Shown piece after piece: positions 52,513 to 63,497 of a stretch of 64,000 nt of DNA. Position 1 is the stretch's first letter. Each line of letters begins with the position of its first letter. This stretch comes from Acidimicrobiia bacterium (GTDB lineage Bacteria; Actinomycetota; Acidimicrobiia; Acidimicrobiales; VFJN01): assembly GCA_009694375.1 (NCBI GenBank), contig SHVB01000001.1, positions 70,366 through 134,365 on the forward strand, given 5' to 3'. The notes beneath the pieces were generated by a model. The model searched no databases. It was given only the letters and a program-made list of their open reading frames with translations, and had not been told where the DNA came from. The translations under genes were made by a program, and so were the position numbers.

Positions 52513-53325
52513 ATGGCTGCTCTCGTCGTGGCCTTGGCGATGGTGGTGGCTCTCCTCGGCGTGCTCGTGATTGGCCTTCTCCGCTCCCATGCCGAGATCC
52601 TGCGGGCCTTGCATGATCTCGGGGTGAACCTCGAGGATGGCGTCGCCGCACCTGCCGCGCCGCTCCGGAGCCCCGCCGTATCAAATCGAGCGCCGATGCG
52701 CACGAGCGACGGGGTACCTCGACCCCGTGATGAGAACGCGCCCATGGGCGACGCCGTGGACCTGACCGGTGAACTTCCGCTCGGGGGGGCCGCCCGGGTG
52801 GCGGTCACTGGAGTGGGCCACGCCACCCTGTTGGCGTTCCTTTCGTCGGGTTGCGGCACCTGCGGAGTGTTCTGGGAAGCCCTCGCCACTCCCGGAGGCC
52901 CCGAACTACCCGGCCCAGACACGCGGGTAGTGATCGTGACCAACGGTCCTGAGGTCGAATCAGCCGCCGCGGTGGCCGACCTCGCCCCGACCGCTATCGT
53001 CACGATCATGACCAGCGCCGCCTGGGACGACTATCGCGTCCCGGTGTCGCCCTATTTCTTGCTGGTCGACGGACCTTCAGGGACGGTGGTGGGCGAAGGA
53101 TCCGGAACCTCCTGGGACCAGGTACGCGACCTCCTCGGTCGGGCTATCGCCGATGCAGGACTGGCGCGGAGCGACGACCACAGCCGCCTCGCCCGCATGG
53201 GCGGCCAGGACCGCGCCGATTGGGTAGATAGCGAGATGCAGGCGGCTGGCATCGAGCCGGGCCACCCCAGCCTCTACCCAGAACCCCACCCCTCTCATCT
53301 CGGAACCGATGACACCACCCCATGA
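52513..53325 (+). CDS. MauD-like membrane-anchored thioredoxin-fold protein (CGTC)
   Basis: N-terminal TM MAALVVALAMVVALLGVLVIGLL, then RSHAEILRALHDLG. The Trx core is LLAFLSSGCGTCGVFW (Cys codons at 52852 and 52861) with VPVSPYFLLVD, followed by about 70 aa of acidic/His tail. I chose the ATG at 52513; the track ORF starts at 52477. Confidence 0.75.
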   Translation: MAALVVALAMVVALLGVLVIGLLRSHAEILRALHDLGVNLEDGVAAPAAPLRSPAVSNRAPMRTSDGVPRPRDENAPMGDAVDLTGELPLGGAARVAVTGVGHATLLAFLSSGCGTCGVFWEALATPGGPELPGPDTRVVIVTNGPEVESAAAVADLAPTAIVTIMTSAAWDDYRVPVSPYFLLVDGPSGTVVGEGSGTSWDQVRDLLGRAIADAGLARSDDHSRLARMGGQDRADWVDSEMQAAGIEPGHPSLYPEPHPSHLGTDDTTP

Positions 53326-53816
53326 GCCGGCTCGCCGACTCCGGGATCTCCATCGATCTACCCCACCGATGGGACGGACAGATTCGCGCCGCGGGCCGCG
53401 ACTTCACCTCCCGCTCCACCACCACCCTGGCGCCGCTCGATGCCACCCCCACCGTGGGATCGGTCCTCCATGCCAGCAGTTTCGCCCTGCCCGCCGAGCG
53501 AGGCGACTACGGCTCTGGAGCCGTTGAGTCGATGGGGGGATCAGACATTCTCATCTGCCTCCTCGAACATGAACCCGAGGCCGCCGCCACCGCCCTGTTC
53601 CGCCGTGAGGGTTTGCCGAGTGTCGGCGTGGCCGATTTCTCGCCGGAGAGCATGCAACGGGCCATGCCCGGCATGTCTGGGTTTCAAAGGTTCTTCCAGG
53701 TGGCGGGGCGGCCGTTCTGCCTCTACGTCGTGGTGGGCCACCATGTCACCCGGGGTCCCCTCGTGCGCTCGGCCCACGCCGTCGTGCAAACGATATCCAT
53801 CGTCCCAAAATCATGA
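53322..53816 (+). CDS. hypothetical protein (no signal peptide, no recognisable family)
   Basis: 164 aa with ATGA overlaps to both neighbours (53322-53325 and 53813-53816). G/C third-position bias is like the flanking genes. Confidence 0.6.
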   Translation: MSRLADSGISIDLPHRWDGQIRAAGRDFTSRSTTTLAPLDATPTVGSVLHASSFALPAERGDYGSGAVESMGGSDILICLLEHEPEAAATALFRREGLPSVGVADFSPESMQRAMPGMSGFQRFFQVAGRPFCLYVVVGHHVTRGPLVRSAHAVVQTISIVPKS

Positions 53817-56095
53817 ACTCTTCTCCCCGTTGGCGCGGCGTTGCCTTACTCGTCTTGCTGGCGACCCTTCCCGTTGTCCGCTCGACGGCCAGGGCATCGG
53901 CGGCCGAGCCGAGGATCAACGTGGTCCCCACCGGCACCACCACCGTGATTCCCGATGCCGGCTGGAGTTGGTTCTCCGACGAGCGGGCGCAGTTCTCCAG
54001 CGACGGCACGACGCTCTATACCGGCGCAGTGGCCAGCCGTTATGCCCAACGACTCCCGCCGGGAACCTCGATGGTCGGCGAGTTCACCCTCGCCACCGGG
54101 GCCCGCCGGCTCGTGGGCTTGGGGGTGGCCGAGAGCGATGACCACGACAACCCCTCGATTTATTCGGCGCCCAACGGAGAAGTGACCACCGCTTGGTCTC
54201 GTCACAACCGGGACGGCCTGATCCACCAGCAACGCCGCCGCACCGATGGGTCGTGGCTGCTGCTTCCTTCCATTCCAGCCGGGGGAAACACCACCTACAG
54301 CCGGTTGGTGTCGAGTACCGGAGCGGCCGGTGAAGCGGTGCTCTACAACTTTTATCGGGGCGATCGATTCGATACGTCGGCCCTGGTATCCACCGATGTC
54401 GGACGCAGTTGGGCAGACATCGGACCCATACTGCGCGACCCAACCGACCTCATCAATGGCCGCCCGTACGTGCAGTATGCGGCCGATGGACATGGCCGTG
54501 TCGACCTCATCGCCACGGCAACCCACCCCCGGGACGAGCAGACATCCATCTACCACGGCTACATCAAAACCGGGCAGGTCTACCGGTCCGACGGAACGTT
54601 ACTCGGACCCCTCGGTGCCACCCTTCCGGTGACCGCACTTACCCGAGTGTGGTCTCCTCCCGGCAGTGAACGGGCCTGGGTGGCAGCGATTCAAGACGAC
54701 CCGATCACCGGACAACCAACGATTGTCTTCTCGGTGCGCCACTCCGTGACTGATCATCGCTACTGGTACGGCTCCTGGGATGGCACGACCTGGCAGACCG
54801 CCGAAGTGGCTTACGCCGGCACGGCGCTCACCGCTGAGGAGGAGGACTACACGGGGCTAGCGGCGCTGGATCCAGCCGACCCTACGCACCTGGTCATCTC
54901 GACCAACGCCGATCCGGTTACCGGCGCTCCCCTGGTTTCGGTAGCGGATCAGCAACGCCACTGGGAGCTGTGGGAGGGCCGTCAAGCCGGAGGGATCTGG
55001 ACATGGACGGCGCTCACTCGCGATTCCACGACCGATAACCTACGCCCGGTGCTGGCCGCCTTGAACGGTGCGCACGCGCTGTTATGGATGCGGGGGTCCT
55101 ACCCCGGGTACACGACCTACGACACCGACATCGTGGGGGTGATTTCCACTCCTGAGGGGACGACCGTGGGTGCGGGAGCGGCCAGGGTGGCCACCAGCGT
55201 GCCGGTGCTCCCCACTCCCGCACCGAGCACCGAGCGAGGCACGCCGGTGGTGGGTCAATTCGACGGCCACCCGGCTGACGACCTCCTGATGATCCATCCC
55301 GGTGCCGTTTCGGAGTCCCTTTTTCTCGGCGATGAGCAGCACCACCCGAGCGCGATCGCAGCCCCATCGGTCACGGGCACCTACACGCCCATCGCCGGCG
55401 ACTATGACGGCAACGACACCACCGACATCTACTTCTACGCCCCTGGTCCCGCCACCGACTACCTCTGGCTCGCTTCGGGAGTAGGCCGGTTTACCTCGGT
55501 GCCGGTTCGCCAGGTGTTCGGCGTCTACACGCCCATCCCCGGCGACTTCGACTGCGATGGCACCACCGACATCTACTTCTACGCCCCGGGTGCGGCCACC
55601 GACAGTCTGTGGATCGCAAAGAGCTCGGCGTTCACACCCCTCGCAACTCGCCAAGTGTTCGGCACCTACACGCCCGTCCGGGGTGATCAAGACGGGGACG
55701 GATGCGACGATATTTTCTTCTACGGTGCCGGGTCCACACCCGAGTCGCGCTGGCGTGGCGGGCCCGGTGCCATTTTCCGCGTCACCGAGACCCGACAGGT
55801 ACTCGGTTCCTACCTCCCGGTCAGTGGCGACTACAACGGCGACGGCCGCACCGACATCCTCTTCTACGCCCCTGGTGTGAGCAGTGACTACCTCTGGCTC
55901 GCGTCCGAGACAGGAACTTTCGTCGACGCTCCCATTCGCCAGATCTACGGTCAATTTTCGCCGGTCGCCGGGGACTTCGATGGCAACGGAGGCGACGACG
56001 TGCACTTCTACAACCCTGGGTCCCCGGCTGATCCTCTGTGGCTGTCCGGCAATCTTCCCCTCGCCAATTTCACGACCGCGATCAACAACCTCTAG
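53813..56095 (+). CDS. Sec-exported protein: BNR/sialidase-like beta-propeller (BNR_4-like) plus six FG-GAP-type repeats
   Basis: 760 aa. The signal is MNSSPRWRGVALLVLLATLPVVRSTARASA|AEP. It has an Asp-box STDVGRSW, ESDDHDNPSIY and LLWMRGSYPGYTTYDTDI (BNR_4-like, recalled from memory). The C-terminal 284 aa are repeats with GDYDGNDTTDIYFYAPG-type DxDxDG loops. Confidence 0.7.
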   Translation: MNSSPRWRGVALLVLLATLPVVRSTARASAAEPRINVVPTGTTTVIPDAGWSWFSDERAQFSSDGTTLYTGAVASRYAQRLPPGTSMVGEFTLATGARRLVGLGVAESDDHDNPSIYSAPNGEVTTAWSRHNRDGLIHQQRRRTDGSWLLLPSIPAGGNTTYSRLVSSTGAAGEAVLYNFYRGDRFDTSALVSTDVGRSWADIGPILRDPTDLINGRPYVQYAADGHGRVDLIATATHPRDEQTSIYHGYIKTGQVYRSDGTLLGPLGATLPVTALTRVWSPPGSERAWVAAIQDDPITGQPTIVFSVRHSVTDHRYWYGSWDGTTWQTAEVAYAGTALTAEEEDYTGLAALDPADPTHLVISTNADPVTGAPLVSVADQQRHWELWEGRQAGGIWTWTALTRDSTTDNLRPVLAALNGAHALLWMRGSYPGYTTYDTDIVGVISTPEGTTVGAGAARVATSVPVLPTPAPSTERGTPVVGQFDGHPADDLLMIHPGAVSESLFLGDEQHHPSAIAAPSVTGTYTPIAGDYDGNDTTDIYFYAPGPATDYLWLASGVGRFTSVPVRQVFGVYTPIPGDFDCDGTTDIYFYAPGAATDSLWIAKSSAFTPLATRQVFGTYTPVRGDQDGDGCDDIFFYGAGSTPESRWRGGPGAIFRVTETRQVLGSYLPVSGDYNGDGRTDILFYAPGVSSDYLWLASETGTFVDAPIRQIYGQFSPVAGDFDGNGGDDVHFYNPGSPADPLWLSGNLPLANFTTAINNL
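55241..56092 (+). repeat. six tandem 47-48-aa FG-GAP-like coding repeats with DNA-level identity
   Basis: accaccgacatctacttctacgcccc occurs at 55418 and again at 55562 (144 nt apart). A close variant, caccgacatcctcttctacgcccctggt, occurs near 55849. Protein repeats carry GDYDGNDTTDIYFYAPG / GDFDCDGTTDIYFYAPG / GDQDGDGCDDIFFYGAG / GDYNGDGRTDILFYAPG / GDFDGNGGDDVHFYNPG. Confidence 0.9.
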
Positions 56096-56137
56096 AGCGC
56101 CCGAGGGCACCCGTGGCGAAGCTAAGTTGAGCGGCTC

Positions 56138-57112
56138 ATGGAATCTGTGCCGGTAACTTCGTGGTGGAGGGCAGTCTTACAACGCCCGGTAGTGGCCGAT
56201 CAGTTGGTGCAACTGTGCGAGGCATTGGGAGCCCACACAGTGGCTGATCACCTCGATCGATTCCGATCGGTAGGTGACCTCGTGGCGATCACCGTTCCCC
56301 CCGGGTCACGCGATCTCCGGTCCCGACGCTTGCGCATGTACGCCCTCGAGGATCGGGATCAAGTCGTTCGAGCCTTTCGGACCGGTGGCTGGAACGCTTT
56401 TGAGGCTCCCCTCCCGAGTGTCTTCGCCCGCCTCGTTCGCCGGTGGCCCCACACGGTGCTCGACGTGGGGGCCAATACTGGTTTGTATTCGCTCATCGCC
56501 GTGACGGCCCATCGTTCGGTACGCGCCATCGCCTTTGAACCAGTGCCCGAGATCGCTGCCCTGATGCGCACGAACGTGCGGGCCAACCGAGCCGGCCGCC
56601 GGATCTCCCTTCACGAGACAGCGATCGGCGACCAAATCGGCACGGCTGAGCTCCACCTCCCGCTGGCTCAAGGCGACGGCACCATCGAGACCAGCGCGTC
56701 GCTCGAGAGCGACTTCAAGGACATCATTGATCGGGTCCTGACCGTGCAGGCCTCCACGCTGGACCAGGCCTGGGCCACCGCAGGCCGGCCCACCGTGAGC
56801 CTGGTGAAAATCGACGTCGAGGGGGCCGAGCCCCGCGTCCTAGCCGGGGCCGGGGCGCTGATCGACGCCTGTCGGCCCATCCTCACCATCGAGGTGCTCG
56901 ACGGCGCCAGCACCGATGCGGCCGAGCGCCTCTGCCGCGACCACCGCTACGTGGACATCGTCTTGAGTCCGCATGAGGCCGTCGTGAACCCTCCCTCGGT
57001 GCTCCCCGTGCCGCTGGCCCCGAACCAGCTCCTGGTGCCCGCCGAGCGAGTCGCCGAGGTGGTGGAGGAACTTCGGGCGGTCCCCCGGCTGGTGGTGACC
57101 GTGCTGGGGTAA
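56138..57112 (+). CDS. FkbM-family methyltransferase
   Basis: 324 aa with VLDVGANTGLYSL, AFEPVPE and VKIDVEGAEPRVLAGA. Confidence 0.85.
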   Translation: MESVPVTSWWRAVLQRPVVADQLVQLCEALGAHTVADHLDRFRSVGDLVAITVPPGSRDLRSRRLRMYALEDRDQVVRAFRTGGWNAFEAPLPSVFARLVRRWPHTVLDVGANTGLYSLIAVTAHRSVRAIAFEPVPEIAALMRTNVRANRAGRRISLHETAIGDQIGTAELHLPLAQGDGTIETSASLESDFKDIIDRVLTVQASTLDQAWATAGRPTVSLVKIDVEGAEPRVLAGAGALIDACRPILTIEVLDGASTDAAERLCRDHRYVDIVLSPHEAVVNPPSVLPVPLAPNQLLVPAERVAEVVEELRAVPRLVVTVLG

Positions 57113-57161
57113 TAGAGGGCGGTTTCACGTCCCCGAGGGCCGGTCCGTAGCATGAGGGGTG

Positions 57162-59312
<2,151 letters not shown>

Positions 59313-59323
59313 AGCCCCCCACC

Positions 59324-60310
59324 GTGGCTTCCTTAGACGCCGATCTCGCCGTTGCCATACGCGCCGGCGACCGGCGCGCCCTGGCCCGCGGCATCACCCT
59401 GGTGGAATCCACCCGTCCCGACCACCGCATCGAAGCCACCGACCTCATCGAGTCGCTCCTGCCCTTTACCGGCGGCGCCATTCGGGTAGGTATCTCAGGC
59501 GTACCCGGCTCCGGGAAATCCAGCCTCATTGAGGCCCTCGGCCACCAAGTGCTGGGCGACGGGCACCACCTAGCCGTGCTGGCGGTGGACCCATCCAGTT
59601 CCATTTCCGGCGGTTCGATCCTGGGTGACAAGACCCGCATGTCCGACCTCGGCCGCCACGAACGCGCCTACATTCGGCCCTCGCCATCCTCTGGCACGCT
59701 GGGAGGCGTAGCCCGCCGCACCCGCGAGGCCCTCCTGCTGTGTGAGGCCGCCGGATTCCGAGTGGTGCTGGTGGAGACCGTGGGCGTGGGCCAGTCCGAG
59801 GTGGCGGTGGCCGACCTCGTCGATCTCTTCGTGTTGGTGGCTTCCCCCACCGGTGGCGACGAACTGCAAGGCATCAAACGCGGGATCATGGAACTGGCCG
59901 ACCTCATCGCCGTCAACAAGGCCGACGGCGAACTCGCAGGGGCCGCCCAGCGCGCCATGGGCGACCTGCGCCACGCCGTGCACCTCCTCCGGCCCAAGCG
60001 ACCCGGCTGGGAAGTGGGCGTAGCTACCTGTTCGGCGCGGACCGGGGCTGGCGTGCCCGAACTCTGGGCTGCCATCGAGGCCGCCCATGCCCGCCTCGCC
60101 GCCGATGGCCTCGAGGAACTGCGCGCCCGGCAGGGAGTGTCGTGGATGTGGAGCGAAGTTACCGAGACCCTGCTGGAGGGCCTCCGCGATCACCCCACGG
60201 TGCGCGACCGAGTGCCCGACCTCGTGGCGGCGGTAGCGGCGGGCTCAACCGCCCCCACCCGAGCCGCCCAGTTGCTACTCGAGGCGTTCCTTGATCAAGA
60301 CCCCCGCTAG
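59324..60310 (+). CDS. meaB: methylmalonyl-CoA mutase-associated GTPase MeaB/ArgK
   Basis: The GTG at 59324 lies 12 nt after the mutB stop. Motifs are [13 protein letters not shown]-loop [25 protein letters not shown] and NKAD. Confidence 0.9.
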   Translation: MASLDADLAVAIRAGDRRALARGITLVESTRPDHRIEATDLIESLLPFTGGAIRVGISGVPGSGKSSLIEALGHQVLGDGHHLAVLAVDPSSSISGGSILGDKTRMSDLGRHERAYIRPSPSSGTLGGVARRTREALLLCEAAGFRVVLVETVGVGQSEVAVADLVDLFVLVASPTGGDELQGIKRGIMELADLIAVNKADGELAGAAQRAMGDLRHAVHLLRPKRPGWEVGVATCSARTGAGVPELWAAIEAAHARLAADGLEELRARQGVSWMWSEVTETLLEGLRDHPTVRDRVPDLVAAVAAGSTAPTRAAQLLLEAFLDQDPR

Positions 60311-61344
60311 GGGTCTTGCCCCTCTCGGGGGTCCGGCACGTAGTGCGACGGTGCCACGCCCAACTCCAGTTCGATCCGACGCACCCGTTCAAGGGTGCGT
60401 TGCGAGACGGTCCGGTGGGCCGCAATGAGGTCCGCAATGACCCCCAGGGCGAAGGTCTGCACCGCCGCCACCAGGAGGACACCCCCCACCACAATCGACT
60501 GCAGGTGCCCCGACCGGTCGCCGTACACAATCCAGTCGTACAAGAACGGGCTCCAGGCGATCCCACTCAGAAGCAGCAAACCCAGCGCCAGCGCCGTAAA
60601 CACCTTGAGCGGCTCGTAGCCTGCGTAGATCCGAAAGATCGCCATCATGTTGCGGCGCACATAGCCCCACATCGAGCCGAACAGCCGCGACTCCCGCAAC
60701 TCGGGATTCGTCCTCACCGCAACGTGATCCAGCGCCACCAGGCTCTGGCCCGCCTGAATAAGTGACTCCAGGGTGTAGGTGTAGCTCGACACCACGGTCA
60801 GACCCAACGCCGCCTCGCGGTTATAGGCCCGAAATCCCGAGGTGGCATCGGGGATCGTCGTGCCCGATGCATGTTGGATGACCCAACTCCCCAACCTCTG
60901 CAGCCGCTTCTTGACCAGCGAGAAATGCTCGATAGCCATCACGTTCCGAGCGCCGATCACCATGTCGGCATCGCCTCGCAGGATCGGCTGCACTAGGGCG
61001 GGTATGTCCTCGGCGTCGTACTGGTTATCGGCGTCGGTGTTGACCACCACGTCGGCTCCCAGCTTCAGGCACGCATCCAGACCGGCTTGGAACGCATAGG
61101 CCAGTCCCTTGTTGTTGGTCAGTTTCACAACGTGGTCCACACCGAGTTCCCTAGCCACCGCAACGGTGCGGTCGGTGGAGCCATCGTCGACGATCAGCCA
61201 CTCCACCACGTCAAAGCCCTCAACCTCTCGCGGCAACGCCGCCAGGGATACGGGCAGTTGATCCTCTTCGTTGAGACACGGAATCTGGATGATCAGTTTC
61301 ACGGCGCTCGAACGGTAGCGCCCCGTGGTCCCCATAACGCTCAC
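60307..61344 (-). CDS. family-2 glycosyltransferase, GtrB/DPM1-like polyprenyl-phosphate sugar synthase with two C-terminal TM helices
   Basis: [41 protein letters not shown], followed by 2 TM helices. Confidence 0.85.
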   Translation of the reverse strand: MSVMGTTGRYRSSAVKLIIQIPCLNEEDQLPVSLAALPREVEGFDVVEWLIVDDGSTDRTVAVARELGVDHVVKLTNNKGLAYAFQAGLDACLKLGADVVVNTDADNQYDAEDIPALVQPILRGDADMVIGARNVMAIEHFSLVKKRLQRLGSWVIQHASGTTIPDATSGFRAYNREAALGLTVVSSYTYTLESLIQAGQSLVALDHVAVRTNPELRESRLFGSMWGYVRRNMMAIFRIYAGYEPLKVFTALALGLLLLSGIAWSPFLYDWIVYGDRSGHLQSIVVGGVLLVAAVQTFALGVIADLIAAHRTVSQRTLERVRRIELELGVAPSHYVPDPREGQDP

Positions 61345-61353
61345 CCGCCGACC

Positions 61354-62727
61354 TCAGCCACCCCGAAGGGAAACATTGATGATCAATACCGCCAGCGCCC
61401 CGGCCAGGCCAAGCAGAACGATCTGCAACCAGATCCTTGTCTTGCGGTGCGCAACGGGCTCCACCAGACCCAGCAGCATCCCCGGCAGCAGCACGAGCGC
61501 GTAGCGAGGAGTCGGCCCACCGCCGATGCTCCATTCGAAGAAGAACATCGCGGTGTAGACCGGTCCGGCCAACACCACGGCAAGGAAACTCAGCCAGCCC
61601 GCCAACGCCACCACCGAAGACCGGGCGGCGTTGAGAACGGCCCGCAAGTCCGCCGCCACCACGGTGTAAACCACCAGCATGCCGAACGCACTCACGAATG
61701 ACGTCCGCAGCGGTGTGGGACCGGAGTAGGCGATGACGAGACCCACGAGTTGTGCAATGACGGTCTCCCCCGGGAACTGACTTACCTCTTTGAACGACAG
61801 CAGTGTGTGGAGGACCACGGCTGGGTCCACCGTGGCCCGCGCCTCCACTATCGCCCCCCAGACGAGATAGGCCACCGCCGACACCGCCACCGGAAGGAGC
61901 CAGAGATCATCGCGCACGGGACGCCACGACGGACGACGACGACGCAACAGCGCCACCAGCGCCATCGTTGCGATGGCCACGAGAACCTGGGGCTTGGTCC
62001 ACACCGCCACGGCCCCCAGCAGCGACCACCCCAGGAGCCCACCCCAGGTAACGGCTCGTCGTGCGGCGAGCAGGAAATGGATCGTCACCGCGCCGAGCAG
62101 GAGAACGGCGGCGTCGTTGGTAACCGTCGCCGAGTGGTACACCACGGCAGGACCCAGCAGGGCTATCGCCAGGATCGTGGCCGCCCCCGCCGGCCGAACC
62201 CGAAGTCGAGCCAGTGCCAGCCAGAGGACCAGGAGTCCGCTCAGGAGCCACGCCGCCCCGGTGAGGCGAGCCGTGAGGACCAGGTCATCGCTGGGGCCGA
62301 GCGCCACGAGGCGGCGCAGGGCAGCCGTGACGAAGTAGTACACCGGAGGCTGCTGCGCCTCGTACTGGTAGCCCTTGGCCCCTAGTCGGCCGAGCCGTTG
62401 GTCACCGCTGGAGCAATCGGGGAGCCGAACCCCCACCACGCCCCGACACAGGGAAGGACCCACCACCTCCGGCTGGATCAAATCTCCCATGCGGGGCACC
62501 TCGCCCTGCTCAGCCCGAAAGACATAATCCACATGAACGCTTTCGTCGTACACGGAGAGATCGGGAAAACGCACCGCCACCGATGTCACCAAGATCAGTG
62601 TTCCCACCACCAGGAACAAGGCGGTGAGAGCGCTTGAGCGGCCCTGTGCGAGCAAGCCCCGCACAGCCTCGCCCAGGCCGACGGCTTCCTCCCCGTTGGG
62701 TTCAGAAATCACTTCCGCCGTCAGCAC
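61354..62727 (-). CDS. polytopic GT-C-like (DUF2142/ArnT-PMT-like) membrane glycosyltransferase
   Basis: At least 10 TM helices, with a first extracytoplasmic loop ..YEAQQPPVYYFVTAAL.. typical of lipid-carrier-dependent GT-C enzymes. The track ORF runs to 62814 but would overlap the divergent gene. GTG 62727, preceded by AAAGGTGGGGAG, is more plausible. Confidence 0.65.
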   Translation of the reverse strand: MLTAEVISEPNGEEAVGLGEAVRGLLAQGRSSALTALFLVVGTLILVTSVAVRFPDLSVYDESVHVDYVFRAEQGEVPRMGDLIQPEVVGPSLCRGVVGVRLPDCSSGDQRLGRLGAKGYQYEAQQPPVYYFVTAALRRLVALGPSDDLVLTARLTGAAWLLSGLLVLWLALARLRVRPAGAATILAIALLGPAVVYHSATVTNDAAVLLLGAVTIHFLLAARRAVTWGGLLGWSLLGAVAVWTKPQVLVAIATMALVALLRRRRPSWRPVRDDLWLLPVAVSAVAYLVWGAIVEARATVDPAVVLHTLLSFKEVSQFPGETVIAQLVGLVIAYSGPTPLRTSFVSAFGMLVVYTVVAADLRAVLNAARSSVVALAGWLSFLAVVLAGPVYTAMFFFEWSIGGGPTPRYALVLLPGMLLGLVEPVAHRKTRIWLQIVLLGLAGALAVLIINVSLRGG

Positions 62728-62782
62728 CTCCCCACCTTTACAGATCAGCGCCACCCACCCCGACAAGCGATAGGATTGGCTT

Positions 62783-63388
62783 GTGACGGCCACTGAGGTG
62801 CCCACCGGCAACACCTACGACAAGTACGCTTCCACCCGCCGGATTGAGCAAAAGCTCATGACGGGTTTCTTCGAGCGTCTCGATGCGGCCCTCCCCACGG
62901 CCCCTGTTCGTTCGATCCTCGAAGTGGGGGTGGGAGAGGCCACCGTGGCCACGTGGGTACAGGCCCGGTACCCCCGCGCGCGTCTGGTGGGGATTGATCT
63001 CCCCGACCCTGCGTTGGCTCTCCACTGGGCCCACTGCGGCGTGAGTGGTGTGTTCGCCGACATCCATCGGCTCCCGTTTCCCGACGCTAGTTTCGACCTG
63101 GTACTGGGGATCGAGGTGCTTGAGCACGTGGCCGATCCAATGGCGGCGCTGCGCGAACTGTCCCGTCTCGCCACCGGCCACCTCGTGGTCTCGGTGCCCC
63201 GCGAACCGATCTGGCGTCTGGCCAACCTCGCCCGGGGCAAGTACATCGGGGCGCTCGGCAACACTCCCGGGCATATCAATCACTGGAGTAGGCGCAGCTT
63301 TGTCGAGTTGATCGGACAACACTTCAACGTGGAGTCGGTGACGACGCCCTTTCCGTGGACGATGGTCAGCGCCGCCACTCGGACGTAA
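62783..63388 (+). CDS. class I SAM-dependent methyltransferase
   Basis: 201 aa with NTYDKYASTRRIEQKLMTGFF, SAM motif I ILEVGVGEA and DLVLGIEVLEHVADP. Confidence 0.85.
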   Translation: MTATEVPTGNTYDKYASTRRIEQKLMTGFFERLDAALPTAPVRSILEVGVGEATVATWVQARYPRARLVGIDLPDPALALHWAHCGVSGVFADIHRLPFPDASFDLVLGIEVLEHVADPMAALRELSRLATGHLVVSVPREPIWRLANLARGKYIGALGNTPGHINHWSRRSFVELIGQHFNVESVTTPFPWTMVSAATRT

Positions 63389-63497
63389 CCGATCACCAGC
63401 CACGGGTTGGCTAGTCCCGATCCCGGCCGATCCAGATCCAAGCGCACCGCTGGCGGCCTCACCCCTCCACCATCGGCGGGTGATTACCGCCGTGCCA

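Noticed and set aside
49192-53325. Interpretation as a genuine methylamine dehydrogenase (mau) operon
   Set aside because: The window has no heavy-chain beta-propeller MauB, no MauG di-haem peroxidase, and no amicyanin, MauF or other mau gene. The light-chain-like domain is fused to FG-GAP repeats and lacks a recognisable second TTQ tryptophan context. I kept it as a mau-derived module of unknown function.
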